Positions 56,940-64,000 of a DNA stretch of 64,000 nucleotides are shown piece by piece. Within the stretch, counting starts at the first letter, position 1. Every line of letters begins with the position of its first letter. The notes under the pieces were generated by a model. The model did no database searches. It had not been told where the DNA came from and worked only from the letters and a program-made list of their open reading frames with translations. The stretch is from an uncultured Methanosarcinaceae archaeon. Lineage in GTDB: Archaea > Halobacteriota > Methanosarcinia > Methanosarcinales > Methanosarcinaceae. The stretch covers positions 750,082-814,081 of the forward strand of contig CAVTET010000004.1 in NCBI GenBank assembly GCA_963733675.1, written 5' to 3'. Made by a program: the position numbers and the translations under genes.

Positions 56940-57446
56940 TCAGGTCTGCATCCTGAAACCGGTAACATAATCCAGGTAACCATCAATCAACTCGTAGTGT
57001 GCTCTTTCGTATCTTGACAGCATTTCGAAGAAACTTCTCTGAGCATTGTCTTCGACTTGTTTTGCCAGTTCTGAATAGAAATCCTCATTTTTTCTCTCAT
57101 GCCTCATAGCTGCAAGAAGAATACCTGTATCTCCAAGAGTGATTTCACTCCCTTTTGTTCGAGCTGTATTGAACTCAGAGGTTAAAGACTGATCACTATG
57201 TACTTTTGTCCTGACTACTGGCAGTTTTTTTGTGTCACGGTATTTTTCGAGGCAGCCGAGATGCTTTAATTCTTCATTTGCAAGATACTCATAGAGCTCC
57301 TTAAATTTTGGATTTTCCATTAAAGTAGATCTATAAAGATAAAACTCTCTTGCTTCTCTTTCTCTCTCAATTGCCAGAGCTATAGCTTCTTGAATTCCTT
57401 TAAGGGTCCTTACTTCGTCTACTACATCTCGATATGCACTTTTCAT
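56940..57446 (-). CDS. Ferritin-like / rubrerythrin-domain protein
   Basis: AIEREREAREFY…LANEELKH and AMRHERKNEDFY…YERAHY diiron ExxH pairs. Confidence 0.85.
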   Translation of the reverse strand: MKSAYRDVVDEVRTLKGIQEAIALAIEREREAREFYLYRSTLMENPKFKELYEYLANEELKHLGCLEKYRDTKKLPVVRTKVHSDQSLTSEFNTARTKGSEITLGDTGILLAAMRHERKNEDFYSELAKQVEDNAQRSFFEMLSRYERAHYELIDGYLDYVTGFRMQT

Positions 57447-57518
57447 ATATTTTACCCCTTAGATATTAGCTTTTCAAGTTACCTCTTCTTTAAGGCTCTT
57501 AGTACCTATTTTAAGTCT

Positions 57519-57758
57519 TTAATTTGTTGTTCTTTTTTTCGATCTTTCTTTGTATTTTATCATTATATCTTCAGAAGGTTGTTCAAGTCCAAAGACATCG
57601 GGACTTTCGAGTACTGTGATATTTTTCATCTTTGCAAGTTTATCCGATTCGTTATTTGGTGATATCAGGTCATTTATCAAGTTTTTCAAAAAGGGCAGGA
57701 TATTTTTTAGTGATATGAGGAGCTCTTCGTCTAATATTGTAGTATAAAGTGTTTTCAT
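57519..57758 (-). CDS. Hypothetical protein
   Basis: 79-aa ATG ORF co-oriented with its neighbours, no recognisable motif. Confidence 0.35.
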   Translation of the reverse strand: MKTLYTTILDEELLISLKNILPFLKNLINDLISPNNESDKLAKMKNITVLESPDVFGLEQPSEDIMIKYKERSKKRTTN

Positions 57759-57861
57759 TTTTGAAAGTTGGTTAAATGATAAATGCTGAGATCCTTCAAG
57801 GTTAGCCCCTCCTTCGTGAGCAGGGGAAACCTAGCGAAGAGCTAGATAATGAGTAGACTCA

Positions 57862-58521
57862 CTAAATATACTCAATTTTCTCACTTTCAAACTCTTTTTT
57901 TGCAGCGATAGCTACAAAAGCTCCCTTACCATGGCCATTTTTAAAGGGTTCTATAGCATCAATTTGTTCCGGATTTTTGAAGACAGTCTGATGGACAATG
58001 AGATGACCAAAATTTAAGCTTGTCAGCCAATTCAAAACCTGTTCTGAAGAGCGAAAATTAGCATATTTATAGAACGTGCTTGTCATCTTTTTTCTTTCAT
58101 AATCTTTGCCAGAAGGACTATCCCGGTCGATTATCCCAATGACAATATGACCCCCTGACTTAAGAACTCTCTTAATCTCTTCCAAAGCTTGAAGTGGATT
58201 TTCAAGGAAACATATAGTGGTTACCATCAACACGAAATCAAAGGATTCATCATCAAAAGGAAGCGTTTCAGCCCTTGCTTCATAAACGTCGATGCCTCTT
58301 TTTAGTGCCATGTCTGCCATCGTTTTTGCAGGCTCTACTCCAATCTTTATGTCCAGCAAAGTAGCGAATCTCCCAGTTCCAACCCCAATCTCTAAACCTG
58401 TACCTTCTCTGGGGATGAGACCTTTTAAAGCCAGAATCTCTGATTCATAGATTGGTTTGTTTTTGTCAAACCATTCGTCGTACTCTTGTGCATGCTTTTC
58501 AAAGGTTTTTATACTACCCAT
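57862..58521 (-). CDS. Class I SAM-dependent methyltransferase (Methyltransf_11)
   Basis: GLEIGVGTGRF, IGVEPA, AETLPFDDESFD, RVLKSGG. Confidence 0.9.
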   Translation of the reverse strand: MGSIKTFEKHAQEYDEWFDKNKPIYESEILALKGLIPREGTGLEIGVGTGRFATLLDIKIGVEPAKTMADMALKRGIDVYEARAETLPFDDESFDFVLMVTTICFLENPLQALEEIKRVLKSGGHIVIGIIDRDSPSGKDYERKKMTSTFYKYANFRSSEQVLNWLTSLNFGHLIVHQTVFKNPEQIDAIEPFKNGHGKGAFVAIAAKKEFESEKIEYI

Positions 58522-58689
58522 AGTATCTCACTATTTTCAAGCTGATCTCAAAACCCATTTTGTTCTTTATCATTAAAATTTTTCAGAAAGAAAGATTGGA
58601 AAATCTTCTGAACATATTGATGCTCCAGACAGACTTTCAACTACATAATTATTCTAAATAATTAAGTAGGTTATATATAAGATGTTAAT

Positions 58690-58800
58690 TCCCCTCAACC
58701 TCAACAATATCAGAAACCCTCCTTGGTTAAGATTTTCTTCTCATTTCTTCGTCTCGGTATTACTACTTTCGGTGGACCGGCCATGGTTGCACACAAAAAC
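58690..58800 (+). pseudogene. Chromate transporter (ChrA) N-terminal fragment
   Basis: KPSLVKIFFSFLRLGITTFGGPAMVAH matches the CHR-family N-terminal signature. Homology ends abruptly. Confidence 0.7.
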
Positions 58801-58893
58801 AAAAAAGATACTAGGTATTTTTACTTCATCAAAACCAAAATGATTTAATTTGATTTATCTTTTATAACCATTATTAATGGGAATATCCAAGAT

Positions 58894-59075
58894 GATACAC
58901 AGATTTTGTATCAAAATCTATGCATTTTCGAAGTTCCATACGGAATAAGAAAAGGTTACTGATCTATTACTCCTGGAGCTTATGAGACTTATAGAACATC
59001 TGGAGCTCATGGAACATCTGGAACTAATTAACCCAAACAACCATAATAAGTAGGAAAATAAGAAAAAAATAAACT
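58894..59075 (+). repeat. Dispersed element with 9-nt periodic core, copy 2
   Basis: aataagaaaaggttactgat…actcctggagcttatgagacttatagaacatctggagctcatggaacatctggaactaatta…aaacaacc. Confidence 0.85.
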
Positions 59076-59460
59076 TTAAAGCATCGGAACCTTAATGCAG
59101 GAGCAAAAAATTGCATTATGGACGAAATAGATTTATTCTGGGGCACTCGACTTTCATGAAGCAGATCGGCGTCATGCTGTAACGAATGAGAATGTTGCAA
59201 GCAATGGCAAAGACGTGCCTCGTGGTGGCCGATCAGAAAAACTAGTCTACACGACTATTAAATATTAGGCAATAGGTACAACGTCTTCGAACAACCAAAG
59301 CACAGGAAGAAATAGATTTTGACAAAATAATTTTTCATTTTAATTCAGATTAAAAATCGATAGCAACAACCATTGTTAAATTTTGCTATGCCCTTTATTT
59401 AATACTCATAAATTTATTTCCAATAGTCAGTCATATTTTATAAATTGACCTAATTAAATC

Positions 59461-59778
59461 TTAATCCGCTAGGAAGTGAGCGATTAACTCAATAAGGGTT
59501 ACCAGTATCATGATGAGAGTTACATCCACCAGGGCAATCGACCACAACCTTACATTATAAACTCTCAGGGACTTTCTCAAGCTTTTCGAGCCCATTAGAA
59601 GCCCCGAGATAAATACAAATAATACTGTTGCTATCACGCTCACTGATATCCAATGATTGCCTGTCAGTGCTACCACAGTTTGTCTAAAGTCGGTTGATAC
59701 TTCATGAGCGATGATGATGCACCCTGTTAAAAATATGGTGATTCCAGCTGATGCGATGAAAGTTTCGGATTCTTTCAT
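59461..59778 (-). CDS. Small membrane protein (3 TM)
   Basis: Hydrophobic helices, LTGNHWIS. ATG overlaps the end of the upstream gene. Confidence 0.65.
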   Translation of the reverse strand: MKESETFIASAGITIFLTGCIIIAHEVSTDFRQTVVALTGNHWISVSVIATVLFVFISGLLMGSKSLRKSLRVYNVRLWSIALVDVTLIMILVTLIELIAHFLAD

Positions 59779-60740
59779 CTTAAGGCCTCCGTCAATGTAT
59801 TTCCAGCATTGGATATGGTAGACCCCATCAAGAACATGAGTAACACCATAAAGAGAGCCAAGCAGGCAGTCATTGTCAGGGCACGCCTAAACTTAGCATC
59901 GCCCAGAAAAGCATCTTTGTCGAGAGCGTATAGGGTAAAGGCCAGAGCATAAGCTATTACGGGCAGAAAAATAAAAATGTGCTCTTTTGCTTCCATCACA
60001 ACCTCATGCGCCCAGGGATGCGGACCTGCCAGGATTATGGGTTTTACCTGGGAGCCGTAGACCGTCAAATAGTTGTAGCCTCCTGCAATCCAGCACCCTC
60101 CAGTTATCAGGAATGCAGCCAGATAGCTTGCTATCCTAGCCCTAACAAGTGCTCTGTCTGTCGGATATAGCGTCTCCATAATAATCCAGACCAGAACAAG
60201 GGCAGATAGGCCTCCAGATATCGAGTGCAAGAGAACCAGGTTCTTTGTCCCTCCAATTACACCATTATGTAGTCCCCAACCTGTATCGACGATCAAGATT
60301 GGTGCCAGGGCGTATCCCATAATTTTGTGCAAACTTCTATACCAAGCTCGATTTTTTAAAACAAGGCTTGGGATAAGCTGGAGAATGACAATAAGAAAGA
60401 TGATTAGCCCCAGCTTTCCGTGAATAGACGAGATTATGTGTTCTCCGTGCTGCAACCTTAGCCACAGACCATAGATGAACGATCCTATGATAAAGGCTCC
60501 AAAGTAAATACCACCCTTTTTATGAAGCTTGGAGACATTTCCAGAGCTTCTCTTTATCCTTCCTTCAAACATAGCTCCGGTTGTAAGAGTATAGATCATC
60601 AGTATTAGGCTGGTGATAGCTATTAGAGCATGGCCTATCCATCTCTCATAAACCATGGCAATGCTGCTAATTGCCAGAATCAAAATTAGACCTATGTATA
60701 TATCTGAGATCGCTGATCTTCGGTCTGATTCCTCCGAAAT
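59775..60740 (-). CDS. Polytopic membrane protein, cytochrome b561/DUF4079-like; annotated start degraded
   Basis: About 8 TM helices with His at helix starts (GHAL, KLHK, SIHGKLG, SLHK, LLHS, KEHI). In-frame ATT at 60740 follows a GGGGGTG RBS; TTG 60683 is the first standard start. Confidence 0.6.
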   Translation of the reverse strand: MSEESDRRSAISDIYIGLILILAISSIAMVYERWIGHALIAITSLILMIYTLTTGAMFEGRIKRSSGNVSKLHKKGGIYFGAFIIGSFIYGLWLRLQHGEHIISSIHGKLGLIIFLIVILQLIPSLVLKNRAWYRSLHKIMGYALAPILIVDTGWGLHNGVIGGTKNLVLLHSISGGLSALVLVWIIMETLYPTDRALVRARIASYLAAFLITGGCWIAGGYNYLTVYGSQVKPIILAGPHPWAHEVVMEAKEHIFIFLPVIAYALAFTLYALDKDAFLGDAKFRRALTMTACLALFMVLLMFLMGSTISNAGNTLTEALR

Positions 60741-60809
60741 TTAGACACCCCCGTGTTTAAATCCTTGTGCTACCCTTTTCACTCCTGCAAAGATAAAAGA
60801 AAAACCTAT

Positions 60810-60995
60810 TTTTTCTCGATAGCCCCCACAGACAACCTTCACACCACTATTTCCAGAATGATTTGTCATTTGGTCGGCAGGATTAGCATGGATAAACAGT
60901 AAAGGGTCGTTGGATGTAAATAGCGTGGTCGTCCCTGGTGACAATGTCACAATGGTAGTGGTGATATTCATATGTCCTATGCCATCTGAATAATC
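60810..60995 (-). pseudogene. Cu/Zn superoxide dismutase C-terminal remnant
   Basis: SDGIGHMNITTTIVTLSPGTTTLF…LFIHANPADQMTNHSGNSGVKVVCG resembles the SodC consensus IHAxPDD…GNSGxRxACG. The N-terminal half is missing. Confidence 0.7.
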
Positions 60996-60997
60996 TC

Positions 60998-61192
60998 TTA
61001 ATCCTCTACAAGTTCTATTGCGTTTGTAGGGCAAACCTGCACGCACTGCTCGCACTCCGTACAATCTTCAGGATGTGCTACTACAGCCTTTTTCCCTTCT
61101 TGTATCTCTTCTACATCAAACACGTCCGCAGGGCAGACATCATAGCATTCAAGCAAACCTATATATTTATTGTAATCGATTCTGGGATGCAC
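60998..61192 (-). CDS. 4Fe-4S ferredoxin, first cluster motif degenerate
   Basis: CTECEQCVQVCP intact. The first motif reads YIGLLECYDVCP. GTG start. Confidence 0.7.
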   Translation of the reverse strand: MHPRIDYNKYIGLLECYDVCPADVFDVEEIQEGKKAVVAHPEDCTECEQCVQVCPTNAIELVED

Positions 61193-61251
61193 TATTTTTC
61201 ACCACTTTTTAGAGTTTGGATTTAGCTTTCAATAAACCTGATAACATCTCT

Positions 61252-61267
61252 GGTTCTGTTGCAAAAA
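61252..61267. mobile_element. Solo IS6-type terminal repeat
   Basis: ggttctgttgcaaaaa, 15/16 identical to the IS6 TIR at 43553. Confidence 0.5.
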
Positions 61268-61312
61268 TAATATTTTCGCAGTTTGATACTAGAATTCATA
61301 CATTCAACTTTC

Positions 61313-61790
61313 CTAATTGTGAATATTTAAATTAATTTTATAACCGAGCCAGATTTTTTTGTGCCAGAACCATTCTTCAAGTATTTTTTCTGTATAGTTA
61401 TCTATGAGTCCATACTCATTAAATGCTGTCTTGTAGCTTGTGAGAATGCTAAGGGTTACACTTAGAAGAGTTGAGACATAAATTGCTATCATGATGGTAA
61501 TTTGATACTTGATTGCAACTAGTGGACTTGCTCCTCCAAGAATCTGTCCTGTCATCATCCCAGGCAAAGCGACAATACCTATAGATGCAATATTTGCCAA
61601 GGTAGGCTTTACGGGAGCTTTAAGGCTTTTTCGCAAGTATGGGAGAGCGGCTTCGTACAGACCTACTCCAAGAAAGAGGCTATAAAGATAACGATTTTCG
61701 TTTCGCTTAATCTCTTTCTAAAAGTCACCTATTCTTACTACATTCCCACTAAGTGTATTTCCTAGCAACATACCCGCTATAGGGGAAAGA
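61313..61790 (-). pseudogene. FetB/YbbM (UPF0014) ABC permease, 5'-truncated, with internal TAG
   Basis: PIAGMLLGNTLS…GDF*KEIKRNE…IGIVALPGMMTGQILGGASPLVAIKYQI. Confidence 0.8.
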
Positions 61791-61813
61791 ACAGAGCAAG
61801 AGAAATTCCCAAA

Positions 61814-62160
61814 TCAATCATTTGAATCATCCTTCCTTGGCCAGTAATATATAATTGAAACTCCGATGAGAATAATCAGGGCGCCTATGAGATCATACGC
61901 ATCCGATAAGGTTTTCTCAAATACCCGGCCCCATAAAATGGACATAACAACAAAAATGCCCCCATAAGTTGCATATATTCTGTGAAAATACGAAGGTTGG
62001 AAGGTAGGTACGATCCCGTAAAGAAACAAAATGACTGCTCCTAAAAATGCAAATGTAAGTCCTCTTCCTTCCCGCAACCATAACCAGATAAAGTATCCTC
62101 CGCCGATTTCAAAAATGCCTGCAAGGATGACAGAAGAATCGTGTACATAAAGCATCTTTT
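61814..62160 (-). CDS. YnfA (UPF0060) family small membrane protein; N-terminus possibly damaged
   Basis: LAGIFEIGGGYFIWLWLRE…FHRIYATYGGIFV…DLIGALI. Confidence 0.75.
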
Positions 62161-62752
62161 TCTGGATATGCATCTAGATTCAAGATTAATTTTCGCATCA
62201 GTCAAATATTGTTTTATCCCGAAATAATCTTGCTTCGAAAATTGGTTCGCTTTTTCCATAAATTCACAACTCAAAAAATCTAATTATGGAGCATTTAGAT
62301 TTCAGAAACTGCGGGATGTAATTGTTTATTATCGACGTCAAGTAGTACCTTTGTTTCTGTGAAGTTATCGGTTGATGGAACAAAATCAAACGTATCAGAT
62401 TCGTTTTTTAGATTAACACCAGAATATTAGATAGTCAATTGCTAACTTCACATGATCTACTATCAACTACTTTATATACTATTTATTAGGATAGTAGCTT
62501 CTTTATTCTTAGTTTAAACTATATAAATTATTTTATTATAACCAATTAAGATACAACCTCCAAAAAATGATTATTTATGTAAAACCTTTACCAGTTAAGT
62601 TTGGAGATCATTACAAACTATAGGTTGAACTTGAAAAACAATGAATTTATATAATTTATTTTTTCCTGAGCATATAGTAATGAAACAGTAATTAAAAAAG
62701 AAGAATGGGCATAGAGCAGATTTGACAGAATATTAGACACGCTGGTAAAAGC

Positions 62753-63025
62753 GGCAGTATATCGAAAGTTCTGTAAAAGAGAATTAACTCTGCATTTTTT
62801 ATTTCACTGCAAAAAAGCAGGATGCTGAGTCAATAGTTAAGCTAATAAAGTTCTGTTTTCATCATTTTTATTGATGCACAGTTTTTGGGTCTAAATCTCT
62901 GGATTTCCTAAATGCCATCAATAGTAAGAAAAACTTGTCGATCTCGGACTCATGGAGCTTTTGGAACTCCTAGAGCTTATGGGACTTCTAGAGCATATGG
63001 AACTCCTGGAACATTTGGAACTTCT
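62753..63025 (+). repeat. Family A end running into the 9-nt-core dispersed element, copy 3
   Basis: ggcagtatatcgaaagttctgtaaaa… then cacagtttttgggtctaaatctctggatttcctaa… and eight 9-nt units (62954-63025). Confidence 0.85.
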
Positions 63026-63071
63026 GACTTTTTGCGCATATAGATTTAAGTGAAATTTTTAAATTTTTTGT

Positions 63072-63687
63072 TTAGTCTTCTTCACTATTCTTTGACTCTT
63101 CCCACCATTCTCGTCCCTCTCTGATCAAGAACGCTACTATTATTAACCCGACAAGAGAATCTGCCTGCCAAAAGCCAAAAAAGTAATTTGTTGTAAGTCC
63201 AAACAATAAAGACACCGATAAGAAGGCACAAGTTAATGTTTCCTTAGAGTCGGCCACTAACGCTCTGCTACTGATTTTCATGCCAAGATCGCGTTTTCTA
63301 AACGAAAGTATAGGCATAATAACAACCGAAAGACTGGCTATAAAGATTCCTGGTAGCGAAGGCTCAGGAATCTCTATGAATATTAACTTCTTTGCAGATT
63401 CGTAAAGCGCGTAAGCCCCAAGCACGAAGAAAGTGGCTGCCACAAATTTTATGGCTTTATTTTCGCTTGTTCTCTCATCGTCTTCTGAGCACACTTCATG
63501 CTTACTAAGTCTCCAAATAAGGATAAAACCTGAAAGAGATTCAACTATACTATCCAGACCAAAACCTATTAGGGCTATACTCCCTGAGTGGACTCCGAAG
63601 AATATAGAGAAGAAACCCTCAAGAACGTTATTATCCTACAGTAAAATATTCAAGATTAAGAGCCTTTGTGTAAAGCTTGTCATCCAT
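63072..63687 (-). pseudogene. Cation diffusion facilitator (TMEM163-like) transporter, frameshifted near 63630
   Basis: MDDKLYTKALNLEYFTVG | NVLEGFFSIFFGVHSGSIALIGFGLDSIVESLSG…SRALVADSKETLTC…WQADS. Confidence 0.82.
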
Positions 63688-64000
63688 ATCTTATCCTATC
63701 CAAATCTGGTCTTTTCAGTCTAATTCATCTCTCTGTTAGTAAGTTCAATATTAAATGTTGTCTCATTTTCACGATTAATAGGTTTCACTGTAAGACATAT
63801 ATAATTCAAAAATTCAAAAAAATCATTATAATTTTTTGCGTGGGTACTTACGTTCTCAGCTGAGAGATTGGAAAATTTTTAACCGATTTTGATATAGTCT
63901 AACAAAAGACAGCATAGTAAATCCTACGGATATCATTTTCGTTGGGATTCACTAAGCTGACTTATCTACAACACTGTTTTTGTACTTATGCAGGCACTAC

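Noticed and set aside
62948-63025. 9-nt arrays and IS6 repeat-spacer-repeat as CRISPR arrays
   Set aside because: No run of 25-40 bp identical repeats with unique spacers, and no cas genes

Overview
64 kb of an AT-rich archaeal chromosome whose gene content and protein sequences match the genus Methanosarcina. Intact housekeeping genes (trm11 3' end, truA, purP, gar1-tfb, trm5, tRNA-Thr(CGU), pyrH, larB-larC, asd, ferredoxin, Pab1020-type RNA ligase, htpX, ppk1, ppx, kptA, a PAS histidine kinase) sit as islands in decayed DNA. By my rough sum, apparently intact ORFs cover only about 35-40% of the window. At least 15 non-IS genes carry nonsense mutations, frameshifts or truncations (ppdK, copB, a MEDS/PAS kinase and its response regulator, an S53 peptidase, an MFS transporter, a TIR-like protein, sodC, chrA, CDF and others). 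There are many IS remnants (IS5, IS200 TnpA x3, TnpB), one apparently intact IS6 and several MITE-like repeat families. No CRISPR array, rRNA, integrase or intact defence system is visible, and I cannot claim a complete new multi-gene system. The most interesting signals are: the genome erosion itself; an IS6 end with an extra inverted repeat and a 20-bp spacer copied from inside its own transposase; a dispersed ~180-bp element with a variable 9-nt periodic core; secreted Gly-rich low-complexity peptides; a degenerate duplicate of the ppdK 5' end; a tRNA-Thr with a non-canonical 2:71 pair; and a dead TIR(-HEAT) gene.
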